Shown piece after piece: positions 8,296 through 17,084 of a DNA stretch of 64,000 nucleotides. Under the pieces are notes generated by a model, which saw only the letters and a list, made by a program, of their open reading frames with translations, was not told where the DNA came from and searched no databases. Numbering within the stretch: position 1 is the stretch's first letter; every line of letters starts with the position of its first letter. The translations under genes and the position numbers were made by a program. Source of the DNA: a virus (taxonomy: Duplodnaviria; Caudoviricetes). The stretch is from IMG/VR virus record IMGVR_UViG_3300044898_000016, positions 9,868 to 73,867 of that record; one strand, given 5' to 3'.

Positions 8296-9032
8296 AACTA
8301 CTCGATTTGTATTGCGGGGCGGGCGGTGCGGCTATGGGGTATTACCGTGCCGGGTTCACCGAGATTGTCGGTATCGACATCGATCCCCAGCCTAACTACC
8401 CGTTTGACTTTGTACGGATGGATTTCATGGACTTGTTCACTTATCCCTATCCGCAGTACTGGCAGGACGCCGACCTGATCCATGCCTCGCCACCGTGCCA
8501 GGCATATTCCGATCTCGCAAAGCGGAACGGGAACGAACACACGCACCCGAAGTACATTGAAGCTCTGCGAGAAATGCTGGACTCGACTAACAGGGATTGG
8601 GTTATCGAGAACGTCGAAGGCGCTCCCTTGTTTGAACCTCTCATCCTTTGCGGCACGATGTTCGAGTCTTTGCGCGTGTTGCGGCACAGACTGTTTGAGT
8701 TCTCTTACTCCATTATTCAGCGAAGCAAACTCGCCGCGCCTTTTCATCCGAAACATCCGCTTGTTTACACTCGCGACAAGCGAAAAGCGCATTACGGGAA
8801 GCTGAACGAGTGGGATTCGCCTGTCAGTGTTAATGGCGGCGGCAACTGCTCTGTCGAGGCGGCGCGAGACGCAATGGGCATCGACTGGATGACGAAAGCG
8901 GAACTTAACGAAGCGATTCCGCCGGCCTACACGGAATGGATCGGAAGGCAACTACTGGAAAGCGGACTGATACAAGCGAAAGTAGCGTGGACTAAATGGG
9001 ATGGATCGATCCAAAGGACTGAAGGAGCGTGA
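8292..9032 (+). CDS. C5-cytosine DNA methyltransferase (short phage type)
   Basis: LLDLYCGAGG (motif I), HASPPCQ (motif IV), VIENV (motif VI), EAIPPAY (motif X). Confidence 0.9.
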   Translation: MKLLDLYCGAGGAAMGYYRAGFTEIVGIDIDPQPNYPFDFVRMDFMDLFTYPYPQYWQDADLIHASPPCQAYSDLAKRNGNEHTHPKYIEALREMLDSTNRDWVIENVEGAPLFEPLILCGTMFESLRVLRHRLFEFSYSIIQRSKLAAPFHPKHPLVYTRDKRKAHYGKLNEWDSPVSVNGGGNCSVEAARDAMGIDWMTKAELNEAIPPAYTEWIGRQLLESGLIQAKVAWTKWDGSIQRTEGA

Positions 9033-9035
9033 ACT

Positions 9036-9263
9036 ATGAACTCGGCACTGATTATCTACGCGGTATTTTCCACCAGCGTCGCTGTGTGGGCTTTGTTTCA
9101 GCTATCGGTCGAGCGGTCACTGTCTCGCCTTGATGCTCAGTTTCGAGAGAGCGACCGCAAGTTTTATCGCGGATGGGAAAACATTTGGTTCGCTCAACTT
9201 GAAAAAACGACAGGACGATTAAGGCCCGCAAAGCCGAAAGTGCGACCAAAGAAAAAATCCTGA
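9036..9263 (+). CDS. Small protein with N-terminal transmembrane helix
   Basis: GAAGGAG SD, hydrophobic N-terminus, basic C-terminus. Confidence 0.6.
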   Translation: MNSALIIYAVFSTSVAVWALFQLSVERSLSRLDAQFRESDRKFYRGWENIWFAQLEKTTGRLRPAKPKVRPKKKS

Positions 9264-9304
9264 TATGCCAAAGAAGAAGAAGCGCAAGCCAAACCAAATC
9301 TAGG

Positions 9305-9517
9305 TTGATGAGGAACGGTGCAATCGATCCAGTCGAGGGCGCGGTTTGGCGTGTCGAGCGCAATGAATTAATCGACAAGCGGGCGGGCGGTGAACGCCGA
9401 TGGGTCGTTGACTTCCTTGCGAAGTACGTCCGGCCTGACAAGGTTGACGGCGCGTATTTGCCTGATGTCGAAGGCTCGCTAAATCCCGGTGAGGTCGTCT
9501 GGAATTGGCGACCGTGA
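9305..9517 (+). CDS. Hypothetical protein
   Basis: 70-aa ORF in the operon direction. Confidence 0.45.
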   Translation: MMRNGAIDPVEGAVWRVERNELIDKRAGGERRWVVDFLAKYVRPDKVDGAYLPDVEGSLNPGEVVWNWRP

Positions 9518-9602
9518 AAGCAAAAAAAGGATCGCTCCCCCTACTACGAGGTAGCGACCCTTAAGTTACGAAACGAACACTAAATGGAAGGATAGCAGAA
9601 TC

Positions 9603-9989
9603 ATGGTTGCTACGCAGTTGAAGTATCAAGAGTCGCTAGAGTCGCACGTGTGTGTGAGTTGTGGCGTTTCCTTTGCGATGCCAGAGTGGTTTATCGACGC
9701 GAGGCGCAAGGATAAGCGGGCCTATTACTGCCCTAACGGTCACTGCCTTTCTTATGCCGAAGGCGAGGCAGATAAACTGCGCAAGCAACTCGAAGCGGAG
9801 CGCGCGCGCATTGAGATGTTTCGACGTGAGAATCAAGAAAAAGAGCGGACAATAACATCTCTGAAAGGGCAAATCACAAAGACAAGGAATCGTATCAGCA
9901 AGGGTATCTGCCCCTGTTGCAATCGTTCGTTTGTGCAGCTCGGACGGCATATGAAAACAAAGCATCCTGACTACACGCAGAAGCAATGA
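9603..9989 (+). CDS. Zinc-finger / coiled-coil phage protein
   Basis: CVSCG, YCPNGH, coiled coil, and C-terminal CPCCNRSF...RHMKTKH (C2H2). Confidence 0.75.
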   Translation: MVATQLKYQESLESHVCVSCGVSFAMPEWFIDARRKDKRAYYCPNGHCLSYAEGEADKLRKQLEAERARIEMFRRENQEKERTITSLKGQITKTRNRISKGICPCCNRSFVQLGRHMKTKHPDYTQKQ

Positions 9990-10053
9990 GGATTGACCAC
10001 TTTGGGAGTCCCTAGCGGTCTCCCAGTCTGTTCGGTTTAGGAAAGGAATTTTA

Positions 10054-10401
10054 GTGACGAAAAAGGAATTGCAAGCCGAAGTTGAGCGGCTGAGAGGTGT
10101 GTTAGCGGGCCAAATAGATCGTGACATGATCCTTAAGCATTTAGGTTACACAGCGGGCGACGGGATAACGATTGCGGTTTCCCCGCCTGAGTTTGTGCGC
10201 CGATTTTTTGCTGAACTGTTTATCGTGGCAATGGACGATGCTCCTAACTTTCAAACAGGTTCAGTTCAATTTAAGGCTCAGGATTACGAGCTAACTATAC
10301 GACGCATTAGCGGCAAGTCTACCGCTCAGGTGTTAGGCGAATTGCGAGCTGAAAACGCTCAACTGCGTTCCGAGTTGGAGCAAACCCAAACGACACCGTA
10401 G
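10054..10401 (+). CDS. Hypothetical protein
   Basis: AAGGA SD, GTG start, 115 aa. Confidence 0.65.
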   Translation: MTKKELQAEVERLRGVLAGQIDRDMILKHLGYTAGDGITIAVSPPEFVRRFFAELFIVAMDDAPNFQTGSVQFKAQDYELTIRRISGKSTAQVLGELRAENAQLRSELEQTQTTP

Positions 10402-10515
10402 AGAGGTTTGCGCAGCCATGATCCAAAAAGCATTAGAACGACTTTCAATAGGAGCGATCATGTTGTGGTTTGGGATGCTGGCTGTGTCGAGATGGGGAAG
10501 GAAGAGGTTTGAGGC

Positions 10516-10998
10516 ATGATCAAATTTACTGTAGTAGGAATTCCGCAACCAGCGGGTAGCAAGCGAGCCTTCATCATTCCCGGTAAAGACGGAGCGAAGG
10601 GCCGTGCAATCGTGACGGACGCAAACCCAAATGCGCGGGACTGGAAGAACGCGGTTGCACAAACAGCAATCGAGTCACGCAATGGTGCTGGCCCCGACTT
10701 ACTGACCGGCCCGCTTTCGTTCACAGCGCGTTTCTACCGTCCGCGACCGCAAGGACACTACGGCAAGGCAGGGCTGAACAAGAAAGGGCGGGAGACGCCG
10801 TTTCCTACATCAAAACCGGACGTGTTGAAGCTAGCGCGCGGAACTGAAGATGCGTTGACGGGAATTATTTGGAGAGACGACTCGCTGATTGTGCATGAAG
10901 ATATTCGGAAGCTTTGGGGCGAGCCCGCAAGGTGTGAAATCGAGATACGCGAGGTTGTGAATCGTACAGCCTTGGAACCTGTTATCGGCGTAGATTGA
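10516..10998 (+). CDS. rusA: RusA-family Holliday junction resolvase
   Basis: VVGIPQPAGSKRA, KPDVLKLARGTEDALTGIIWRDDSLIV. Confidence 0.85.
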   Translation: MIKFTVVGIPQPAGSKRAFIIPGKDGAKGRAIVTDANPNARDWKNAVAQTAIESRNGAGPDLLTGPLSFTARFYRPRPQGHYGKAGLNKKGRETPFPTSKPDVLKLARGTEDALTGIIWRDDSLIVHEDIRKLWGEPARCEIEIREVVNRTALEPVIGVD

Positions 10999-11010
10999 AA
11001 AGGAGAAAGA

Positions 11011-11178
11011 GTGACAATTCTAAAGTTTCTACCGTGGGCGATTTTTAGTGGCGTGACGACGGCCTTCGCGTGGCCTTCTCTGTCCGCAGGGATGCGGGCC
11101 GGATTATTAATTTTCACGGCATGGTGGATCGCGGGAAATATCGCACACGAAATCTGTGTCGCAAAAAGAGAGAGGTAG
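11011..11178 (+). CDS. Small two-TM membrane protein (55 aa, not in the ORF track)
   Basis: AAGGAG SD, GTG; ILKFLPWAIFSGVTTAFAW...GLLIFTAWWIAG. Confidence 0.6.
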   Translation: MTILKFLPWAIFSGVTTAFAWPSLSAGMRAGLLIFTAWWIAGNIAHEICVAKRER

Positions 11179-11184
11179 TCAACC

Positions 11185-11541
11185 ATGAAACCACGGGAAG
11201 CCAAGAAGCGAATACGACTTCGAACAACCATCGTAATTGAGTCTGAGTCTGCGAAGGATTTAGACGACTCATTGAAACAAGGCGCGTCGCTCGCCAAAGC
11301 GTTAGTGATGGAAATGTCATGGAAATCCTATCGCCAGCGGGTTATTCCTCCGACCGCGCCAGACGTGCAGATCATTGAAAGCAAGCGAGCGTTTTACGGC
11401 GGCGCGTTCTCGCTGTTTCATTTGCTCACCCGAACGGTTTCCGTTGGGGACGAAGTAAGCGGGGCGGACATGCAAGCGATGGAAAGCATAGACCGGGAAT
11501 TCAAAGATTTTTATCTCAGAATGGAGGAAGGAAAAGAATGA
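11185..11541 (+). CDS. Hypothetical protein
   Basis: GAGG SD, 118 aa, ATGA overlap with the next gene. Confidence 0.65.
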   Translation: MKPREAKKRIRLRTTIVIESESAKDLDDSLKQGASLAKALVMEMSWKSYRQRVIPPTAPDVQIIESKRAFYGGAFSLFHLLTRTVSVGDEVSGADMQAMESIDREFKDFYLRMEEGKE

Positions 11542-11834
11542 GCGAAATCAACTGTTTTGCTGTCGAGCGACCGTGGGGCCGAAAAGAGCGGTTCATCTTC
11601 TGGCTGTTTCCGAAGGACTACAAAGCATTGCCGAAAGCACCGGCGACTCATAAAGATGTGCTCACGGTGCGAACGATCTGTGTGTTCGGGTTTATTGACA
11701 GGCTGAGAATTCTTATCTCAGGCCGCACGTTTGTGGAGACGAGGACGGTTTGCGAAAACGAAGTAGGCAACAACGCAACTGCCGTATCCATGTTTGTTCT
11801 CTCACCGTGGGATACGGATGACTACCATGACTAG
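11538..11834 (+). CDS. Hypothetical protein
   Basis: GGAGG SD, coupled start. Confidence 0.65.
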   Translation: MSEINCFAVERPWGRKERFIFWLFPKDYKALPKAPATHKDVLTVRTICVFGFIDRLRILISGRTFVETRTVCENEVGNNATAVSMFVLSPWDTDDYHD

Positions 11835-12030
11835 CGCATCGGTTCGCGGTTCTTTGGACTTTGAGAGCGCTCTCGCGGATCTGATTATTATCGCCCGCAA
11901 GGAGTTCGGCGAAACCGAGTACGCCTACTATCGCGTCGGAGGGCTGTATCGAGACAGTTTTGAGCGGGTTGTTTCACGTGAAGGGTGGCGTGAAGTCCTA
12001 CTCAAGATCATCAAGGAACTGCATGTTTGA
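11827..12030 (+). CDS. Hypothetical protein
   Basis: ATG overlapping the upstream stop. Confidence 0.5.
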   Translation: MTSASVRGSLDFESALADLIIIARKEFGETEYAYYRVGGLYRDSFERVVSREGWREVLLKIIKELHV

Positions 12031-12238
12031 AGATAATCCGCGCGACGCACAAGGGCGCATTCTGTACTTAGTTGGGGACGTTATGACAATCCCGTTCCAG
12101 CGCTACCCCGGCCCCGTGCCCGCCCCTGTTGAAGCGAGGGTTATCAAACAGCACTCGCCAACCTATTACGAATTTGAATGGATTGACGAATACGGGAAAA
12201 CGAAACGGCGAAGCTTAATCAGAAGTCAGTTACCTTAA
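12023..12238 (+). CDS. Hypothetical small beta-rich protein
   Basis: AAGGA SD, ATG overlapping the upstream stop. Confidence 0.55.
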   Translation: MFEDNPRDAQGRILYLVGDVMTIPFQRYPGPVPAPVEARVIKQHSPTYYEFEWIDEYGKTKRRSLIRSQLP

Positions 12239-12355
12239 AAAGAAAGACGCTCCCGGAACTGTCATTCCAAAAGCGTCCCCAGTTGAACTCCAAAGAGTTC
12301 GTGTGTGTTGCAAAGAGAAGATACCACAGAAAACACTTTGGAGAGGAATGAAAAT

Positions 12356-13330
12356 ATGAGTGCTGCGATTGAAGTTGCCCCAAAGATCGATCCGACAAAA
12401 GCTCTGGCTAATGTCATTAACCAGATCAATCGTCTTGAACAGTCTGAACATATCGTCATCTCGATGCTTTCCCTGCTTTCAGATGATGAGTTAATGGAGA
12501 CTCGAAACTCCGCGCGCCTGGTCTATTGCTGCGCTTGGAAGATCGAGATCGCTTGTGATGCCGAGATCTGGGATCGAACGAAAACGAACCTTACCAAGAG
12601 CGGCGTGAAGGACGTTGACGAGAAAGGAGTCATGGCTGCGGTGAACAAGCGTTCGCAAGAATTGGGATGCGGCGCGAGCACGATTCGTGCCAACCGGCAC
12701 CTTTATTTGACGTTTGAACCTCTGCTAAGTACTCAGCAGAGGTCACTGGACGACAAAGGGTTTTATCAGGCGGCGCTAAAAGCGGACGATCCGATCGCTA
12801 AAATCGAGGAGTGGACGCAGCGCAAACTCGACAACCCGCACTTCCGGCCGGCAGATGCTTGGCGAGAGGTCAACGCTGAAAAGGAGCCTGACGCGTCACC
12901 CGATCCGCGCCCGAGCGAGATTGCCGTGCTACATGATCCTGACGTTCGCGCGTGGCTAGAAGGCGACTTGGCAGAAGAGCAGACCAAGGAGCCAATGGTT
13001 CCGACGTGCGCGCCGTGGCTCCGCAATATGATCCATGCCAGGATCGGGCAAATCGAATGGCAGTTAGATCGCACGGTCGAGGGCGACTGTCGGATCATCA
13101 AACAGGCTGTCTCTGAAACGCTCGGCACTGACGACGAAGTGTTTATGTGGCTACAGGAGCGCAGCTACTTTATGAGCGATCCCGAGTTGGAAGATCGGCT
13201 AACGATGCTGGTCGAGTCAGGTCAAATCAGACTGAAACAGGCCGAAGGAAGAAAGAAGGGGCAACGCGGGAAAATGGTCGATGTCTACCTTCCGGTTTAC
13301 GGTTTGAATGGCGACGATGAAGACGACTGA
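12356..13330 (+). CDS. Hypothetical protein, possible DNA-binding (HTH / winged-helix-like) regulator
   Basis: GAGGA SD; KRSQELGCGASTIR (HTH-like) and C-terminal EDRLTMLVESGQIRL...VDVY (wing-like). Confidence 0.6.
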   Translation: MSAAIEVAPKIDPTKALANVINQINRLEQSEHIVISMLSLLSDDELMETRNSARLVYCCAWKIEIACDAEIWDRTKTNLTKSGVKDVDEKGVMAAVNKRSQELGCGASTIRANRHLYLTFEPLLSTQQRSLDDKGFYQAALKADDPIAKIEEWTQRKLDNPHFRPADAWREVNAEKEPDASPDPRPSEIAVLHDPDVRAWLEGDLAEEQTKEPMVPTCAPWLRNMIHARIGQIEWQLDRTVEGDCRIIKQAVSETLGTDDEVFMWLQERSYFMSDPELEDRLTMLVESGQIRLKQAEGRKKGQRGKMVDVYLPVYGLNGDDEDD

Positions 13331-13337
13331 AGAGAAA

Positions 13338-13568
13338 ATGCGTGAGCCAGCGTCAGCCGAAGATTGCTACGAGCGTGTCATGGCGTGGCGCAAGGCGAAT
13401 CCAAGGGCAAGCTGGCGCGAGACTTTTGAGAACGTCCCAAATCATTACTCGTCATCCGTGGCTATGTATGGGTCGATGCTCCAAGTTGAAAGGAAACGTG
13501 CGCCGGAGGATTTTAAGATTCACCTACACCCGCATCGGCCTGATTTCCACTATCAACCAAGAGACTGA
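13338..13568 (+). CDS. Hypothetical protein
   Basis: ATG just after the upstream stop. Confidence 0.55.
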   Translation: MREPASAEDCYERVMAWRKANPRASWRETFENVPNHYSSSVAMYGSMLQVERKRAPEDFKIHLHPHRPDFHYQPRD

Positions 13569-13604
13569 AGGTTGATCTATCGTTGGGAGAGGTAAAATAG
13601 AAAT

Positions 13605-13850
13605 ATGTTAAGACTTGAATCAGCACCGCTCTTGCAATGGGTGTCTGTCGAAGATCGGAAGCCGCCGATAAATTCAGTGAACAAGCCGCAACCTTATGTC
13701 TTGGCGATTGATGCGAAGGATCGAATGAGCGTTGGCTATGCGAGGCTGTATTCAACGGGTGAACTTTGGTGGACGTTTGCGAAGCCGATTGGTGAGCCGA
13801 CGCATTGGATGCCGTTGCCAAATCCGCCCGCCCGTTCGATTCGAGGGTAG
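13605..13850 (+). CDS. DUF551-like phage protein
   Basis: QWVSVEDRKP...PTHWMPLPNPP signature. Confidence 0.8.
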   Translation: MLRLESAPLLQWVSVEDRKPPINSVNKPQPYVLAIDAKDRMSVGYARLYSTGELWWTFAKPIGEPTHWMPLPNPPARSIRG

Positions 13851-13933
13851 ATGAAGACCCAGAACTCTCACGATGGATCGTTGTTGCGAGCCCTAGGACG
13901 GGCAGGAGGTTGAGTGATGATGGGGTGTGTTTG

Positions 13934-13943
13934 GGTGTATAAT
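13934..13943 (+). promoter_or_regulatory. -10 promoter element
   Basis: GGTGTATAAT; the predicted +1 (~13950-51) coincides with the stem GGCAAGT. Confidence 0.55.
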
Positions 13944-13950
13944 TCTCCGT

Positions 13951-14030
13951 GGCAAGTATGCGTCGGAACTACCTCTAGGCGTCTTTGACGTACAGCGCAA
14001 ATAGCGCGGAGTTGAGGCCGGGGACTTGCC
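13951..14030 (+). ncRNA. Candidate structured RNA / 5' leader (80 nt)
   Basis: Closing stem GGCAAGT/ACTTGCC with internal hairpins GCGTC-TTT-GACGT and GCGC-AAATA-GCGC. Confidence 0.35.
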
Positions 14031-14040
14031 GTAAAACTGA

Positions 14041-14292
14041 ATGACTATCAATTTTAGATTAGGCCCGATTGCTGTCACGGATATAAGAACGTGGCGTGAG
14101 GATTTGTGGGACGCGGGTTGGGTTGTTCGCCGCTTTGGTACGGTGCGGGGAACCCGCTGGTGGAAGTTGTTGCTATGGCGGCGAAGCGTTAAAAGAGAAT
14201 GCGACCAGATAAGCGCAAAATCTGTAAAGTTGGAAGGGGTCGAACTAAGAAGCGGCTGCGACGGCGCAAGCGCGTTCGTTACCGCAAACTGA
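14041..14292 (+). CDS. Hypothetical protein
   Basis: 83-aa ORF downstream of the promoter and leader. Confidence 0.5.
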   Translation: MTINFRLGPIAVTDIRTWREDLWDAGWVVRRFGTVRGTRWWKLLLWRRSVKRECDQISAKSVKLEGVELRSGCDGASAFVTAN

Positions 14293-14414
14293 CAACTAAC
14301 GGAGGCCGTCATTGCCGCTGAATCGTGGAGCATGGTGCTCGTGCCTTGGGAAAACACTCCGGCCTCTCGATGAGGATGTAAATTTGGCGCTACTCCGTGA
14401 AAGCCGGAGACACG

Positions 14415-14453
14415 AAAAAGAGCCGCTTGGGAGACAGGCGGCTCTTACTTTCT
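14415..14453. terminator. Intrinsic terminator, possibly bidirectional
   Basis: 11-bp stem AAGAGCCGCTT/AGGCGGCTCTT, A-tract before and T-rich tract after. Confidence 0.7.
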
Positions 14454-14755
14454 AAGGAGAGCGGAAAGGAAAAGGCCCGCGATGTTACTCACGAGCCCTC
14501 TTCTGTTTTTTAACGGGGGCCGACCTCCTCCACCAGAGCATTTGAAAGCGGACGCGCTGGGTGCCGCCGATGGAAGAGCCTCCCATCCATTGTGAATTGC
14601 GACTGAGGTTCCTCACGCCACGCCACTTTTTCAGGCCGCTGCCCACTTTTGGAACGCGAGACGACTTAGCGACTCTCTCAGACACGCCGCAATTCTACCA
14701 CGCCTCCCGCCAACCCTCAGAACTTAAACCCGCAAACAATGGCATTCTGAGGGGC

Positions 14756-14917
14756 ATGACAATCTCTGAATACTTCGCGCCTCGGTTTGGTTTTGGCTGG
14801 CTTATCGCCTTAATCGTGTTCATTTTGTGCATTGTGCTGGCTGTTCTTGGTGCCCACCTGACTCCCGTGATGGTGTTGGGATTGATTGGGGCTTTGGCGC
14901 TGGCACGTCTCACGTAA
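14756..14917 (+). CDS. Small two-TM membrane protein (holin/antiholin-like)
   Basis: MTISEYFAPRFGFGWLIALIVFILCIVLAVLG...VLGLIGALALARLT; start reassigned from 14561. Confidence 0.7.
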   Translation: MTISEYFAPRFGFGWLIALIVFILCIVLAVLGAHLTPVMVLGLIGALALARLT

Positions 14918-14933
14918 ACAAGGGATTCGTGCA

Positions 14934-15212
14934 ATGGACAAACTTAAGGTACTTCTCGGCTCAAACAAGTTTCGCGGTCTGCTCGTCACCGTGATCGGGT
15001 TGGCGATTGTTAAGTTTTTCAAGGTCGAAGTCGCGCCAACGACGATCATGGAGTTTGTTGTGCCAATTAGCGCCTGGCTGATTGGGCAGGGGATCAGCGA
15101 CGCGGGCAAAGGCGCGGCACAAGTTGAGGCTATCGTGAACACGATTAGCCCCGCGTCCGGGATGTCGCCCGACCAAAAATCGATCACGTTGGACGCCATT
15201 AAGAGCGTATAG
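14934..15212 (+). CDS. Putative holin
   Basis: MDKLKVLLGSNKFRGLLVTVIGLAIV...ISAWLIGQGISDAG two-TM pattern of phage holins. Confidence 0.65.
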   Translation: MDKLKVLLGSNKFRGLLVTVIGLAIVKFFKVEVAPTTIMEFVVPISAWLIGQGISDAGKGAAQVEAIVNTISPASGMSPDQKSITLDAIKSV

Positions 15213-15220
15213 GATCAAGC

Positions 15221-15589
15221 ATGAGTGACGACGCAATAACAATCGAGGAAGGTAAGCCGCCCTCACTGGGATTTGAAAGCATCGGCCCGTTTAGTGTCTG
15301 GAAAATCACGGTAGACAGCTACCGAGTGCCGGGGCTCACGGGTCGCGTAGACGAGGAAACCGGAATGCTTCACCTATGCTTAGATGAGCGGTGGGGCATT
15401 GAAGTTCCCAGACAATACGGAACTCAGGTGTGTTGGTTAATCGCGAACGCGCTGGCAATCGGCGCTGGTTATTCGTGTTTTGGAGAGCATAGTTTGATGG
15501 GCGATCCAAACAAGTTCAAGTGTCGGGTAACCGAGATTGCTACAGTGCCTGAAATCGAAATGCCGGAAATTACAGATACTGCAAGTTGA
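15221..15589 (+). CDS. Hypothetical protein
   Basis: AGGA SD, 122 aa. Confidence 0.65.
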   Translation: MSDDAITIEEGKPPSLGFESIGPFSVWKITVDSYRVPGLTGRVDEETGMLHLCLDERWGIEVPRQYGTQVCWLIANALAIGAGYSCFGEHSLMGDPNKFKCRVTEIATVPEIEMPEITDTAS

Positions 15590-15673
15590 GGGCTTTAGTC
15601 CGAACTGTGAAAACGAATTCGCCGTTCCGACATAGCGAAAGGACAGCGTTCGACATCCTATTGTGAGGTAACT

Positions 15674-16291
15674 ATGAGCAACGTACAACGTAATGTTTCC
15701 AACGCCGCAACCGAATCAGAAATGCTGCGCCAAATAACGCGTGAGTCATCTGCTATTGAGCCGCCTAACCGCCGCGCCTTCCTACGTCTTGCTGGCACAG
15801 GAGCAGCGGGGCTGGCCCTTGGCGGTGTAATCGCCCCTATTGGCACTCCTGGCACGCCTACACCCGCCTGTAGCCCTAAATCCGTCAACGCAGAGGTTCA
15901 AGTTGCTGAGACTTTCCTAAAGGTCGTTGCTGTCGAACTGCCAAATCAACAGGCATTCATCACCAAGATTCTCAAAGTCACTGACGACTTTAATACGGAT
16001 TATCAACGCGGCGACTTCGCCAACGCCGGAACCTTGTTTGCAACATTGAGCGGGGACTTTACGCATCTACTCAATGATGTCGGGGTGAACATCAACGCAA
16101 AGGTGAAAATTGCGCTGGTGTTGATTGATGCCGCGATCGCGGGGATAGCTGGATTGCTCAAGTCTCAAATCCCAGCGGCAACCCAGGCTGGCTTAATGGC
16201 TACTCTGCCCGCTGCACAACAGTCTCAAGCGGCTGTGATTGAGGCGAGAGCAGCACATGCTGAGGCGCTCTTTACGGCGATTAAGCAATAG
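15674..16291 (+). CDS. Putative Tat-exported (lipo)protein
   Basis: NRRAFLRLAGTGAAGLALGG twin-arginine signal, then TPAC (Cys as possible lipidation site), then amphipathic helices. Confidence 0.65.
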   Translation: MSNVQRNVSNAATESEMLRQITRESSAIEPPNRRAFLRLAGTGAAGLALGGVIAPIGTPGTPTPACSPKSVNAEVQVAETFLKVVAVELPNQQAFITKILKVTDDFNTDYQRGDFANAGTLFATLSGDFTHLLNDVGVNINAKVKIALVLIDAAIAGIAGLLKSQIPAATQAGLMATLPAAQQSQAAVIEARAAHAEALFTAIKQ

Positions 16292-16302
16292 AGGCGAAGT
16301 GA

Positions 16303-16629
16303 TTGGAACATTTCTTAACGCACTCATGGCTGAACACAGCCTTAACACTCGCGGTGCTTTCAGGCATCGTTTTACTACTTTTGAGGAGAAGAAAGATGGC
16401 AACTGCACAAGAAGTTCATGATCTCGTCGCCGCAGGAGTTGACGCGGTGAAGACACACTTGGATCAAGCGGCGGCGCGCGTAACAGCGTCCGTTGATGCG
16501 CTCAATCAATCAATCGCAGACCTGAAGGCGCAACTAGCAGCGGCCGGGACGCAGGCGGACTTTTCTGACGTAGAGCAGAAAGTTGCGGACTTGCAGGCCG
16601 AGGCTGATGCAATCGCGCCGTCCGCGTAA
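16303..16629 (+). CDS. Membrane-anchored coiled-coil protein (i-spanin-like topology)
   Basis: TM LNTALTLAVLSGIVLLLL-RRRK followed by an Ala-rich heptad region. Confidence 0.65.
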   Translation: MEHFLTHSWLNTALTLAVLSGIVLLLLRRRKMATAQEVHDLVAAGVDAVKTHLDQAAARVTASVDALNQSIADLKAQLAAAGTQADFSDVEQKVADLQAEADAIAPSA

Positions 16630-16644
16630 GAAACGAATCTCAGA

Positions 16645-16866
16645 ATGAGATGCCCAACGTGCAACCACAGCAACAAGAAAGAACCGGAGGCGGTTCACGT
16701 TGCGGGGCAATGCGAACGGTGCAACTGCGGATCATCGGAGATAATCAGGTGCACGGACTATTACTATCGGCCCTTCGATTACGGGGCCAACGTGCATTTA
16801 TGGGCCGAGCGGTTTAGCCATATCGTTCGGCCTCAAACCAGAGCAAGATCAGGAGGCGGATACTAA
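16645..16866 (+). CDS. Small zinc-binding protein
   Basis: CPTCNH...CERCNC. Confidence 0.6.
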   Translation: MRCPTCNHSNKKEPEAVHVAGQCERCNCGSSEIIRCTDYYYRPFDYGANVHLWAERFSHIVRPQTRARSGGGY

Positions 16867-16868
16867 AA

Positions 16869-17084
16869 ATGCCACACGATAAAAACGGAAATCTGCTTGA
16901 GGTTGGTGATTTAGTAGGCATTAAGGCTGTTGTCACCGCGATTCATGCAGGCGAAGAGTATTGCAACCTATCGCTGGAAACCGAAGAAGTGATGTTTCCG
17001 GGCGACAACAAGACAGCTCTGTCGCTGAACGCTAAACAGGTGAAGAAGGTTCATCAAGCGGAGCTTCTGACTTCTACAAGCTGA
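16869..17084 (+). CDS. Small SH3/KOW-like hypothetical protein
   Basis: GGAGG SD; MPHDKNGNLLEVGDLV motif. Confidence 0.7.
   Translation: MPHDKNGNLLEVGDLVGIKAVVTAIHAGEEYCNLSLETEEVMFPGDNKTALSLNAKQVKKVHQAELLTSTS

Noticed and set aside
13951-14030. tRNA gene
   Set aside because: It has an acceptor-like stem but no D-arm or T-loop consensus and no CCA.
14561-14755. 5' extension of the membrane ORF (118-aa call)
   Set aside because: The upstream part is not protein-like; the SD or -10 context supports ATG 14756.
15598-15660. Hammerhead ribozyme
   Set aside because: CTGTGA lacks the CUGANGA core, and stem III pairing around GTC fails.
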